This document shows positions 1 to 9,180 of a stretch of DNA of 36,973 nucleotides, piece after piece. The DNA comes from a virus (taxonomy: Duplodnaviria > Caudoviricetes). Position numbers and translations under genes: made by a program. Under the pieces are notes generated by a model, which made no database searches, was not told the origin of the DNA, and saw only the letters and a list, made by a program, of their open reading frames with translations. The DNA lies in the IMG/VR virus record IMGVR_UViG_3300037424_002137, positions 1 through 36,973 of that record. One strand, 5' to 3'. Positions within the stretch are counted from its first letter, which is position 1; each line of letters opens with the position of its first letter.

Positions 1-160
1 TTGCTCCGCCACTTCCGTGCAGAAAGAAAGCGCCTGCCCTCGTGCGATACAACGTCTCATCAACCGAATTTATGTCGCTGTCGCCAAGTCCATTACTCCA
101 GACCGCTATTCTCGCTGCCTTTTCGGTGTTATATCTTTTACCATCAACTATTCGTTTCAT
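1..160 (-). CDS. Conserved phage hypothetical protein, N-terminal part (runs off the left edge)
   Basis: ATG at 160, preceded by GGGAGA; reads MKRIVDGKRYNTEKAARIAVWSNGLGDSDINSVDETLYRTRAGAFFLHGSGGA. This resembles a common phage family (MKxIIxGKRYxTE...ETLYRT...FFLHGxGGA). Not in the ORF track because it has no stop in the window. Confidence 0.75.
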   Translation of the reverse strand, partial: MKRIVDGKRYNTEKAARIAVWSNGLGDSDINSVDETLYRTRAGAFFLHGSGGA

Positions 161-368
161 TTTCATTCTCCCTTCGACACTGGAGATCCTGGAGCGCCGC
201 TTCAATAGCATTGCTCCACTCCTGGGCTGTAATTTTCCACTCTCTCATATCTGCCTCATCGGCGTCCGAGGGGGTGTGCGGCAGAGACAGCTCTTCCATG
301 GAATTTTCTTCATAGCACGCAGCAGCAAATTCTTTGCATTTTCCTTTTAACTCATTAATTCTATTCAT
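144..368 (-). CDS. Small acidic hypothetical protein, first gene of the leftward early operon
   Basis: 74-aa ORF with strong RBS AAGGAGAATAAAAATG, just downstream of a consensus promoter. Confidence 0.75.
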   Translation of the reverse strand: MNRINELKGKCKEFAAACYEENSMEELSLPHTPSDADEADMREWKITAQEWSNAIEAALQDLQCRRENENETNS

Positions 369-415
369 TTTTATTCTCCTTTTTGTTAGTGTTAATTTTT
401 CCTTACTTCCCTAAC

Positions 416-455
416 CTCTGTATAACATTATACAGAGTTATACAGAGTATGTCAA
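416..455 (-). promoter_or_regulatory. Consensus sigma70 promoter overlapped by repeated operator-like sites
   Basis: Minus strand TTGACA (455-450), 17 nt, TATAAT (432-427). TTATACAGAG occurs at 428-437 and 438-447, with the inverted copy CTCTGTATAA at 416-425. Confidence 0.85.
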
Positions 456-635
456 GAAAAAAAGTGAATTATTTTAAGGGGGAGGCGATTTTTTTTGATT
501 AGCAGGCTGAACATGCCGATTTCCCTTGATTTTTTTGATAAATAGTGGAAAAATATTAAAGATGTAGTAAAATATAAATGTGCGATGCAGTTGATTTTTT
601 TGGAGTTATCTTTTGAATCTTTTATATGCGTAAAA

Positions 636-1043
636 ATGGCAGATAAAGAGCATTTGAGTGTAAAAAAAGTCGAGGCGGCGCTCAGGGAGTCTAAAGGGTT
701 TGTTACCTTCGCCGCGAAAAAACTCGGCTGTACGTATCAAACCGTATATAATTATATTAAGCGACATCAGTCTCTTCAAGCCGTCATGGAGGCGGTCTCG
801 GAAGAGGTCCTCGATTTTTCAGAGAGCAAATTATTCACACAAATCAACGAGGGGAATACGACCGCCATTATTTTCCATCTCAAATGCAAGGGCAAAAAAC
901 GAGGCTATATCGATCGTCAGACCGATGAAAAGGACGATGTGCGAACGATCAATATCCGGGTGCAAAAATACGATGATTGGACGGATGATGAGCTTGCAGA
1001 GTACGTTAAAACCGGCATCAAGCCGGATCGATTCAAAAGCTGA
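636..1043 (+). CDS. terS: Terminase small subunit (HTH)
   Basis: HTH-like AAKKLGCTYQTVYNYIKR and the GNTTAIIFHLKCKGKKRGY motif; lies directly upstream of the large terminase. Start taken at ATG 636. Confidence 0.75.
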   Translation: MADKEHLSVKKVEAALRESKGFVTFAAKKLGCTYQTVYNYIKRHQSLQAVMEAVSEEVLDFSESKLFTQINEGNTTAIIFHLKCKGKKRGYIDRQTDEKDDVRTINIRVQKYDDWTDDELAEYVKTGIKPDRFKS

Positions 1044-2553
1044 TCCCACCCCTGGCCGCGCCGAGCTGATCCGCATGGCCGAGGCCAGGGAGGCGCTCAC
1101 TCTTCGTGCAGAAAAAGCTATGTATGCCGAATGTGAGAGTAGCCTGCACGCGTTTATCAAACACGCGTGGAGAGCGATCACGCCGAGCCATATTTTTGTA
1201 GATAACTGGCACATAACTTCAATTTGCGCTCACCTCGAGGCCGTGACCAGGGGTGAGATCCTTCGGCTGGTGATCAATATTCCCCCGCGCTTTACGAAAT
1301 CAACGATCGTCTCCGTTATGTGGCCGGTCTGGGTCTGGCTACAGGATGCGACTAAGCGGTTTTTGACCGGCTCACACAAGGACTCACTTGCGATCCGCGA
1401 TATGCGGCTATCGCGTATTTTGATCAATTCGCCCTGGTTTCAAAAAGGCTGGGCGGGGAAATTCATGTTCTCTGCCGACCAAAATCAGAAGCAGCGCTAC
1501 GAAAACGATCAGCACGGAGTACGGCTTTGTTTCGGCATGAATTCCGGGGTGACCGGTGAGGGCGGCGATATCCTGATAGTCGATGATCCGCACAAAGCGC
1601 AGGAGGGCATGTTTTCGCAGACCGCCCGGCAAAACGTGATCGACATGTTTGACCAGGAGCTATCTACCCGTCTCAACGACCCGAAAAAATCGGCCATAGT
1701 AATTATCATGCAGCGTCTTCACGAGGATGATCTGACTGGGCATGTTTTGGGCGGGGGTGGTTGGGAGCACCTGTGTTTTCCGATGGAATATGAGCCTGCC
1801 CGCAAGTGCGTAACCTGTCTGGGCGTGCAGGATATCCGCACCAGGCCAGGGGAGCTTCTATGCGATGATAGATTTGGCCGCGAATATGTGGACGATCAAA
1901 AAAGGAACCGGCTTGGCACATACGGCGTTTCAGGGCAGTATCAGCAAGCACCTGTACCGGCTGGCGGGGGAATAATCAAGCTTGATTGGTTTCGGTACTA
2001 TGGTATACTGCCTTCGAATAGCCAGCGTGTTGAGGTGGTTCAATGCTGGGATACGGCGCAAAAGGCGAATGAGTTGCTGAATTGCCCGTGGGTGTGCGGC
2101 ACCTGGATCAGAACGGCAACGGGGTATTACTTGGCCGATGTCTATCGGGAATGGCTGACCTACCCACAGGGGAAGCGTATGGTCAAGTCCATGGCCGAAA
2201 AATGGACTCCGAATGCCATTGTTATTGAGGATAAATCAACTGGCTCTTCGTTGATCCAGGAACTTTCGGACGGAACGCTTCCGGTTGTTCCCTTTGAACC
2301 TGAGGGAGACAAAATTACCAGGCTCTCCGTCGAAAGCCCGACCATTGAGGCCGGTAACGTCTGGTTGCCTGAGTCCGCGGGCTGGCTGCCCGATTTTCTG
2401 TCCGAAATCGGCAGTTTCCCTTTAAGCTCGACCATGGACCAGGCTGATATGCTGAGCATGGCACTGAAGTATTTTCGTACCAGGGCGATAAAAATGGAAT
2501 ACGAGAGCACTGGCATAGAGCACGACTATGTCCAGGGCATGAGCGGGTGGTAA
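985..2553 (+). CDS. terL: Terminase large subunit
   Basis: Walker A-like INIPPRFTKS, Walker B ILIVDDP, IIMQRLHEDD, nuclease motifs QCWDTA and DQADMLSMA. Start uncertain (ATG 985, 988 or 1075); the 700 start in the track overlaps terS. Confidence 0.92.
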   Translation: MMSLQSTLKPASSRIDSKADPTPGRAELIRMAEAREALTLRAEKAMYAECESSLHAFIKHAWRAITPSHIFVDNWHITSICAHLEAVTRGEILRLVINIPPRFTKSTIVSVMWPVWVWLQDATKRFLTGSHKDSLAIRDMRLSRILINSPWFQKGWAGKFMFSADQNQKQRYENDQHGVRLCFGMNSGVTGEGGDILIVDDPHKAQEGMFSQTARQNVIDMFDQELSTRLNDPKKSAIVIIMQRLHEDDLTGHVLGGGGWEHLCFPMEYEPARKCVTCLGVQDIRTRPGELLCDDRFGREYVDDQKRNRLGTYGVSGQYQQAPVPAGGGIIKLDWFRYYGILPSNSQRVEVVQCWDTAQKANELLNCPWVCGTWIRTATGYYLADVYREWLTYPQGKRMVKSMAEKWTPNAIVIEDKSTGSSLIQELSDGTLPVVPFEPEGDKITRLSVESPTIEAGNVWLPESAGWLPDFLSEIGSFPLSSTMDQADMLSMALKYFRTRAIKMEYESTGIEHDYVQGMSGW

Positions 2554-2554
2554 A

Positions 2555-4111
2555 ATGATCGATAAAAAAAAGAAAAAAATGATACCTCTCGTCGAGGTAG
2601 CCTCCCTCAGTACCGATACCGATTTATTGTCGTCATTTGGCAGCTACTTTTCGAACCCCGACCCTGTCGTAGAAGAAAAATCCGCTGGCAAGGGCATCAA
2701 GCTCTATGACGAGGTCGCTCGTGATGCACACGCCGCTGCAGTTTTGCAAACTCGCTATCTGGCCGTGGTTGGTAAAGAGTGGAGTATTACACCTGCCTCT
2801 GAAAGCGGGCAAGATGACGATATCGCCCAATTCGTCGAATCAGTGCTCATGGAGTGCAACTTCGATCAATTGCGATTGGAGCTCCTACAAGCCATCCTTT
2901 ACGGCTACTATGGCGCTGAAATCATGTGGAAGGTGGCCGATAACAGTATTGTCATTGATCGGTTTTTGGGCAAGCATCCACGGAGGTTCTGCTTCACCCT
3001 GGAGCGTGAGGCGCGGCTGATCACAATTGATTCGATGATCGAAGGCATACCGATCCCAGACCGCAAGTTTTTGATCTTCCAGTGTGGCGATAGTGATAAC
3101 CCCTACGGCAAGGGTCTGGGGCAGATTTTGTGGTGGTATGTCTGGTTTAAAAAGCACGGTGTAAAATTCTGGGTCATGTTCATGGAAAAGTTTGGGATGC
3201 CGACTCCCGTGGGCAAGTACCCAGTGCAGCAAAAAGACCAGAAAACGCTCTTGATGTCGGCACTGAGATCAATTCAAAAAGAAACCGGAATAACAATTCC
3301 GGACACTATGTCCATCGAGTTCCTGGAGGCGGCCCGGCAAGGTGACGGCTCCTACGCGGCTGCCTGCCAGTACTTTGATAGCGCCATCAGCAAAGCCGTG
3401 CTCGGTCAGACTCTGACAACGGAGATGGGCGGTACGGGGTCTTACGCTGCCTCCCAGACCCACAATGAGGTTCGTCAGGATATTGTGGAGGCCGACGCGG
3501 ATCTGCTCGACGCCTACCTGAATAAGACGTTGATCCCCTGGATTGTGGATTACAATTTTCCGGGAGTAACTGGATACCCGCGGCTGGTGACCCAGGCCGG
3601 GAGAAAGCCGGATCTTGCAGCGCGCAGTCAGATAGATAAGACTCTATCGGTTGAAATCGGCCTGCCTATAGCCAAATCGTACTTTTATGAGACCTATGGT
3701 ATCCCGGAACCTGGGGACGACGACGAACTCGTAGAGGGCAGAGGGCAACCATTGCCGGGCTTGAATCCGATGTTTGCCGAAAAGCAGGCGTCAGTACAGC
3801 AGCAGAACCTTGATGGCCTGCACGATTCAGCACTGAAATCATACCGTCCGGTTTCTGTCGGCATTGAGAGCCAGATAAGAAAAATTGCAGCCAAATATGA
3901 TACGTTAGAGGGCCTTCGAGGTGCCATCTATTCCGAGTATTCGCACATGAGCGCCGATGACCTGGAAAGGTTGATTTTTGAGACACTGATCACATCGGGC
4001 GCATACGGCAGGTCGGTTGCCCAGACCGAAATTGAAGGCATTGAGCGGCAAGTGAAAGAAGCGAAAAAAGCGAGGGGAAATGATGCCAGTCAGGCTACGC
4101 GTCGAACTTGA
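2555..4111 (+). CDS. Portal protein, Mu gp29/DUF935-like
   Basis: Motifs NPYGKGLG, FMEKFGMPTPVGKY and ISKAVLGQTLTT...GSYAASQTHNEVRQD; follows terL. Confidence 0.9.
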   Translation: MIDKKKKKMIPLVEVASLSTDTDLLSSFGSYFSNPDPVVEEKSAGKGIKLYDEVARDAHAAAVLQTRYLAVVGKEWSITPASESGQDDDIAQFVESVLMECNFDQLRLELLQAILYGYYGAEIMWKVADNSIVIDRFLGKHPRRFCFTLEREARLITIDSMIEGIPIPDRKFLIFQCGDSDNPYGKGLGQILWWYVWFKKHGVKFWVMFMEKFGMPTPVGKYPVQQKDQKTLLMSALRSIQKETGITIPDTMSIEFLEAARQGDGSYAAACQYFDSAISKAVLGQTLTTEMGGTGSYAASQTHNEVRQDIVEADADLLDAYLNKTLIPWIVDYNFPGVTGYPRLVTQAGRKPDLAARSQIDKTLSVEIGLPIAKSYFYETYGIPEPGDDDELVEGRGQPLPGLNPMFAEKQASVQQQNLDGLHDSALKSYRPVSVGIESQIRKIAAKYDTLEGLRGAIYSEYSHMSADDLERLIFETLITSGAYGRSVAQTEIEGIERQVKEAKKARGNDASQATRRT

Positions 4112-4793
4112 TAAAGTATCGCTCACGCCGCTTCCGCCCGAAGAGGCAATGACTTTTTTTCATGGCAAAATCCTCCTCTCATCGAAAAAATTCTACTCTC
4201 TCGTGAACGCGGCCAGGGTGAGGGCCTTCACCGTCAGCCGCGTGGCGAAAATGGAGATCATAGACGATATTCGCTCTGCGGTACAGGCGGCGATTGATAA
4301 TGGAGAAACTCTGGCAGATTTTATGAGCCGCCTTGGCGAAGTCATGGACGAAAAGGGCTGGGGCGGCCTAACACCGTGGCACGCCGAGACAGTCTTTCGA
4401 ACCAATATACAGACCTCGTACTCGGTGCAGCACGAGGAACAGTATCGCGAGAGCGGCGATGCTTTTCCGCTGGCCGAGTACGAGGCGACGATGGACGATC
4501 GGGTACGGGATGAACACGCCGAAATGGATGGCAAAATATACCCCGTAGATGATCCTTTCTGGGATACCTGGACGCCTCCGAACGGCTTCAATTGCCGATG
4601 TTCAAAACGGTACATCCACAAATACGAGGCCGAGGAGCGCGGACTGAAGGCCAGCGACCCGCCTCCGGCTGGCATAATGCCGGACAAAGGCTTTGACGTT
4701 AACCCGGTCAAATCGATATGGCAGCCGAACCCGGAGGACTATCCGCGGGAGCTGTGGGTGCAATATGAGAGGGAACAAAATGAAAAACAATAA
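4080..4793 (+). CDS. Minor head morphogenesis protein, Mu gpF/SPP1 gp7-like
   Basis: AFTVSRV, ETVFRTNIQTSY and DDRVRDEH...DDPFW...PPNGFNCRC signature. Confidence 0.9.
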   Translation: MMPVRLRVELDKVSLTPLPPEEAMTFFHGKILLSSKKFYSLVNAARVRAFTVSRVAKMEIIDDIRSAVQAAIDNGETLADFMSRLGEVMDEKGWGGLTPWHAETVFRTNIQTSYSVQHEEQYRESGDAFPLAEYEATMDDRVRDEHAEMDGKIYPVDDPFWDTWTPPNGFNCRCSKRYIHKYEAEERGLKASDPPPAGIMPDKGFDVNPVKSIWQPNPEDYPRELWVQYEREQNEKQ

Positions 4794-5913
4794 CTTTGCT
4801 GGATTTGACGACTGGGTACCAATTTTTTTCGGCGGCAAACAGACTGATGGTAACGGCGTCGAGCATGATGGCGATGATTTGATCGAAAAGGCGGTTCGGC
4901 TGTTTGACCCAACACACCATGAAGCCCCGATAACCGTGGGGCACCCCAAGGACAACTCCCCTGCCTTCGGCTGGGTGGAAGGGCTGAAGTCCGCCATACA
5001 AAAAGCCGCTGACGGCTCGACTGTATCAGTGCTCATGGCCAAATTCAAACAAGTAGTCCCTGAGTTTGCTCAAGCCGTAAAAGATGGCTTATTCAAGAAA
5101 CGATCAGCCAGCTTTTACCCCGATGGCAGGCTCCGGCATGTCGGGTTCCTGGGTGGGATGCCACCGGCGGTCAAGGGGCTGGCTGATCTGAAATTCAAGG
5201 AAGGCGAAAAAGAAATTTTATTTGCAGATTTTTTACCGCCGACGCAATCGATGTCGGCACAACATGAACCAGCGGAGAACCCGCGAACTGAAAAGGGAGG
5301 GCGTATGCCTGACACGTACACAGTTGAAGAGTTGCAAGCCCAGCTTAAGGCCGAGCGGGATCGTTTGACCGCTGAGTTTGCAGAGAAAAACGCAGCCGCG
5401 GAGGCAGTAGCAAAAACGGCCAGGGAGGCCGAGGTGCAGCGGCTCAGGGAATTTGAAGAGCACAAAAAGGCTCTCAAAGCTGAGCTGGAGGCCGAGTTTG
5501 TGGAGCGAAACCGCAAAAACGACATACAGCGCTACATCGAGAAAGGGCAGGAAGAAGGTGCCATCATCCCCGCGTGGGTGAAGATGGGGCTTGCTCAGTT
5601 TATGGAGTCGTTGCCCGCCGTGGCCACGATCGAGTTTGGGGAAGGTGACCAGAAAAAGGCCGATTCGGCCTACGGCTTTTTCCTTCGGTTTCTGGCCGAG
5701 CTGCCCAAAACAGTCAATTTTAGTGAGGTTGCTGCCAGGACCGGTATTGTTGATGGCGGCGGATCAGCAGCGGCCAGTCTGGATGCCCTGACGGCCAAAA
5801 AAATGGCCACGAATCCAAGCATGGGCTATGTGGCAGCATTTTGCGAAGTGCAGAATGAAAATCCGGAGCTTGCAAATGAATACGCAGCCGACCTGCGGAA
5901 AGCGAGACGTTAA
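4780..5913 (+). CDS. Capsid maturation protease plus scaffold (Mu gpI/gpZ-like)
   Basis: APITVGHP...PAFGWV and KKRSASFYPDGRLRHVGFLGGMPPAVKGL in the N-terminal half; coiled-coil-like C-terminal half. Start ATG 4780. Confidence 0.8.
   Translation: MKNNNFAGFDDWVPIFFGGKQTDGNGVEHDGDDLIEKAVRLFDPTHHEAPITVGHPKDNSPAFGWVEGLKSAIQKAADGSTVSVLMAKFKQVVPEFAQAVKDGLFKKRSASFYPDGRLRHVGFLGGMPPAVKGLADLKFKEGEKEILFADFLPPTQSMSAQHEPAENPRTEKGGRMPDTYTVEELQAQLKAERDRLTAEFAEKNAAAEAVAKTAREAEVQRLREFEEHKKALKAELEAEFVERNRKNDIQRYIEKGQEEGAIIPAWVKMGLAQFMESLPAVATIEFGEGDQKKADSAYGFFLRFLAELPKTVNFSEVAARTGIVDGGGSAAASLDALTAKKMATNPSMGYVAAFCEVQNENPELANEYAADLRKARR
5305..5913 (+). CDS. Probable nested in-frame scaffold protein
   Basis: Internal AAGGGAGG followed by GCGT and an in-frame ATG at 5305, just before the coiled-coil region. 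Confidence 0.6.
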   Translation: MPDTYTVEELQAQLKAERDRLTAEFAEKNAAAEAVAKTAREAEVQRLREFEEHKKALKAELEAEFVERNRKNDIQRYIEKGQEEGAIIPAWVKMGLAQFMESLPAVATIEFGEGDQKKADSAYGFFLRFLAELPKTVNFSEVAARTGIVDGGGSAAASLDALTAKKMATNPSMGYVAAFCEVQNENPELANEYAADLRKARR

Positions 5914-5915
5914 TT

Positions 5916-6677
5916 ATGGCAATAGAAAATACTCTTTTCAGGCTGCCGTTTGAGGCGGCAGAAGACCTATCCGACTATCAGTATCATTTCGTGAAACTCG
6001 GTTCAACTAAGGGGCAGGTCGCATTGCTTGATGCCGCAAATGATGTCCCGATCGGCGTGTTGCAAAATGAACCGGCATCGGGCGAAGAGGCATCGGTGAT
6101 GATTCATGGCGTTAGCAAAGTCAAGGCCAATGCCCTGATCGGCATTGGCACATTGATCATGCCGGAATTCGTATCGACTACGGATTGCGGCAAGGCGCAG
6201 GATGCCGGAACCAACTGGGCAGCAGCCCGGGGGGTTGTAGTTGAAGCATCCGGGGCAGAGAACGACCTGGCCAGTGTGCTCCTGCTCGATCCAAAGGCTC
6301 CGGGTATCGGCAGAGTGTCTGAGGTTGCTATCAGTAACGGCCTCACGAGCGCTGTTGCAAGCGCGGCCACGCTGACCCTTACTGCCGCGCAGCTTTTAGG
6401 CGGCTATATTCGGGCAACTCCGACCGAGGCGCAGGCTATGACATTGCCGACCGCTGCTCTGCTGTATGCAGCGATGCCACAGCCCCAAATTGGCAGCCGG
6501 TTTGAGTTCACCATCACAAATTTGAGTGCGTATACAATTACCGTTGGGGCCGGTACAGGTGGCACGCTGACTGGCACGGCAACTATCGCTACGGCGAACA
6601 GCAAGCGTTTCCTGATCGAAATTACGGCAGCGACTCCAACATACACGTGTTGGAGCCTTGGAACAGCGGTTCACTAA
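5916..6677 (+). CDS. Capsid decoration/cement protein (DUF2190-like N-terminus) with an extra C-terminal domain
   Basis: FEAAEDLSDYQYHFVKL...PIGVLQN...GVSKVKA; located between scaffold and capsid genes; Ala/Thr-rich C-terminal extension. Confidence 0.65.
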   Translation: MAIENTLFRLPFEAAEDLSDYQYHFVKLGSTKGQVALLDAANDVPIGVLQNEPASGEEASVMIHGVSKVKANALIGIGTLIMPEFVSTTDCGKAQDAGTNWAAARGVVVEASGAENDLASVLLLDPKAPGIGRVSEVAISNGLTSAVASAATLTLTAAQLLGGYIRATPTEAQAMTLPTAALLYAAMPQPQIGSRFEFTITNLSAYTITVGAGTGGTLTGTATIATANSKRFLIEITAATPTYTCWSLGTAVH

Positions 6678-6696
6678 CAACCAGAAAGGATAAAAT

Positions 6697-7674
6697 ATGT
6701 CTCAGCCAAATGTTCGCGGCCTGGTAGTCAGCGGGCCTCTGCAACGAGTTTCAATCGCCTATCGCAACAATGCCTATATTGCCGATAGGCTGTTTCCGGT
6801 TTTGGATGCGCCATCGCCAGAAAGTAAGCTGGCCCGATATTTGAAGGGCGCGTGGTTCCGCGATGAGGCGGCTCAAAGGGCGCCAGGTACGCGGGCTCGG
6901 CGTGGCGGGTATAATATCGATTATATCGATATTATTACCAAAGAAATAGCTTACGGCAAAGAGGTGACCTCCGAGGATCGGCAATACGCCAAACTTCCTA
7001 ACAGCGCCCCGATGAGACCGGATATCGACGCCATAGAATTTTGCCGCGACAAGATTCTGCTCAGGCGCGAGCGTCTGGCGGCGGCAATGGTAAAAGACAG
7101 CACGTGGTCTGCTGTCTCCGGGGAGGATGTTGAGGGAGGTTGGGCGGCTGGGTCTGGAAACACATTTATTTCAGACATCGAGGATCGAATTATCACGATT
7201 GAGCAGGCGTCGGGGTTCCGCCCTAACATCCTGATGCTCTCTTCAAATACCTTAAAGGAGTTGAAGCAGGAAGACACGGTTCTGGACAGAATCAAGTATA
7301 CGCAGAAAGGCATTGTCACTTCAGATATGCTCGCATCGCTCTTCGATCTCGAGGAGGTTTTGGTCGGTGGGGCAATCTATTCTGATGCTGAGGAAGTACA
7401 AGCCGGGTCAGATTTTAACGCCGTGAGCATCTGGGAGAAAACGGCGACGAAGGGCATGGCGTTTCTCTGCTATCGACCAAGGATGCCTGGTTTAAAAATA
7501 CCGTCGGCGGGGTATATTGCCAGGACGCCGTATGAGAACGGGCAGTATCAGGAGACCAGGACGTATTACGAAGCTGCTGAAGACCAGGACGTATACGAGT
7601 GCCGGGAAAAACTGCACATAGTGCAGACTGGAACGGATGTCGGGTTTTACTTTTACGACACTATAGCGAATTAG
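6697..7674 (+). CDS. Major capsid protein (HK97 fold)
   Basis: 325 aa; LQRVSIAYRNNAYIADRLFPV N-terminal motif, RPNILML, DRIKYT; strong RBS and expected position. Confidence 0.85.
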   Translation: MSQPNVRGLVVSGPLQRVSIAYRNNAYIADRLFPVLDAPSPESKLARYLKGAWFRDEAAQRAPGTRARRGGYNIDYIDIITKEIAYGKEVTSEDRQYAKLPNSAPMRPDIDAIEFCRDKILLRRERLAAAMVKDSTWSAVSGEDVEGGWAAGSGNTFISDIEDRIITIEQASGFRPNILMLSSNTLKELKQEDTVLDRIKYTQKGIVTSDMLASLFDLEEVLVGGAIYSDAEEVQAGSDFNAVSIWEKTATKGMAFLCYRPRMPGLKIPSAGYIARTPYENGQYQETRTYYEAAEDQDVYECREKLHIVQTGTDVGFYFYDTIAN

Positions 7675-7682
7675 TTTTCCGA

Positions 7683-7716
7683 CCGGCCAGGGGTTACCCT
7701 TCCGACCTCTGGCCGG
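7683..7716 (+). other. GC-rich stem-loop after the capsid gene
   Basis: CCGGCCAGGGG pairs with CCTCTGGCCGG. There is no U-tract, so it is more likely an mRNA stabiliser or pause site than a terminator. Confidence 0.45.
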
Positions 7717-7734
7717 GCAAAATTGGGGGCATTT

Positions 7735-8400
7735 ATGGCTTATTGCACACTCACAGACCTGAAAGATCAGATTAGGGAAGACGATCTTGCCGCTCTCACC
7801 GACGACAGGACCAACCTGCCATCTACCACACTCGCGGCTGAGGCGACGATATCAGCTACGACGCTGACCCTCACCGACAGCACGGCATTTCCGACATCGG
7901 GGCGGGCGGAAATCGGCAATGAGCAGATCGACTATACCGGAAATGCTGCAAATATCCTCTCCGGCTGCACCAGAGCAGCAAATGGCACGATTGCCACGGC
8001 ACACGCCAATGCAGCAACCGTTACCGAGGTGATCAAGATTGATGAGGATGTGATTGACCGGGCCATCGAGGATGCCGATAGCGACATAAACAGCTACTGC
8101 TCGAGCCAGTACGACGTGCCATTCGCTACGACTCCCGCGATAATCCGAAAAATATCGGTCGATCTGGCTATCTACAATCTGTGCAGCAGGCGTAAGGGGG
8201 CGTCTGATGACAGGCGGCGGCGCAGGGATGATGCGCGGGCCTGGCTGAGAGACGTTGCTGGCGGAATTGTACAGATCGGAGACGCCAATGCCGCTGCGGA
8301 CGATGACGCCGGAGCCGAATCGTACCTTGATACAGATGATTTGATTTTTACGACCGGGCATACATCAAAATCGACGGTCGGGACGCTGGACAATTTCTGA
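7735..8400 (+). CDS. Head-tail adaptor, Mu gp36/DUF1320-like, with an inserted domain
   Basis: MAYCTLTDL...LTDD, then an insert, then IDRAIEDADSDINSY...YDVP...DLAIYNL...DARAWLRDVAGG. Confidence 0.85.
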   Translation: MAYCTLTDLKDQIREDDLAALTDDRTNLPSTTLAAEATISATTLTLTDSTAFPTSGRAEIGNEQIDYTGNAANILSGCTRAANGTIATAHANAATVTEVIKIDEDVIDRAIEDADSDINSYCSSQYDVPFATTPAIIRKISVDLAIYNLCSRRKGASDDRRRRRDDARAWLRDVAGGIVQIGDANAAADDDAGAESYLDTDDLIFTTGHTSKSTVGTLDNF

Positions 8401-8903
8401 TGCGAATAATGATGCAGTTTAATTCAGAGAAGTGCATAGACCGAGTAAATAAAGTAATTTACAGGCTACAGCATATCGTGCCAGCCCTGAATGAGATCGG
8501 CCTGTATGTCATCTCTTCCATCCGGAGAAATTTTCAGGAGGGAGGGCGGCCAATCAGGTGGAAACCGTCGAAACGGGCTATCAGTGAGCACGGGATGACC
8601 CTAATCGATACAAAACATCTGATGAAAACGATCACCAAAAAAATATCCGGCAACACGGTGCGTATTGGAACAAATGTAAAATATGCGGCAATACATCAGT
8701 TTGGTGGGAAAATAGAAAGAAATATAACATTTTTGACTTATTTTAAACGGCTCTGGCATGGCAAGAAAACAAATAGCAGGCATGTTAAAATAACCATCCC
8801 TGCCAGGCCATTTATTTTGCTTCAAGCGGAGGATATACCAATTATCCGCCGCATCATAAGTGATCACATAGACGGAAAGGGAAAGGGGGCCGAAAATGGC
8901 TAA
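8400..8903 (+). CDS. Virion morphogenesis protein, Mu gpG/P2 gpS-like
   Basis: RRNFQEGGRP..W, IGTNVKYAAIHQFGG and IPARPF motifs. Confidence 0.88.
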   Translation: MRIMMQFNSEKCIDRVNKVIYRLQHIVPALNEIGLYVISSIRRNFQEGGRPIRWKPSKRAISEHGMTLIDTKHLMKTITKKISGNTVRIGTNVKYAAIHQFGGKIERNITFLTYFKRLWHGKKTNSRHVKITIPARPFILLQAEDIPIIRRIISDHIDGKGKGAENG

Positions 8904-9180
8904 TGATTGGGATGCAAATCCAAGGGTAATAGATGCAGCCGGAAATAACGGCTCACTCGTAGAAAATATAAAATCGTTCGAGTGGCACCCGGCGGCGGCC
9001 AGCGATGACCTTGAAATACAGGATGACGCCGGGAACATCCTTTGGAAGATCCGGGCTTCCATCGGCGGGTCCAACCATGAAGACTACGCCGCTCAGGCGA
9101 AATACCTGAACAGGAAGGGCATTAGGGGGGTTGTTATCGCCACCATCGATGGCGGGACGCTGTACATCCATGTGCTATAA
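8896..9180 (+). CDS. Hypothetical protein (possible virion component)
   Basis: 94-aa ORF overlapping its neighbours, with a purine-rich RBS. Confidence 0.6.
   Translation: MANDWDANPRVIDAAGNNGSLVENIKSFEWHPAAASDDLEIQDDAGNILWKIRASIGGSNHEDYAAQAKYLNRKGIRGVVIATIDGGTLYIHVL

Noticed and set aside
700-984. N-terminal extension of terL overlapping terS, or a TerS-TerL frameshift fusion
   Set aside because: The extension does not look protein-like and has no RBS. A downstream start at 985-1075 explains terL, and I see no convincing +1 shift signal.
2555-8903. Transposable Mu-type phage
   Set aside because: Only the head and neck genes are Mu-like. No MuA/MuB, Mor, Gam or Mom is recognisable, and replication uses an iteron-containing initiator.
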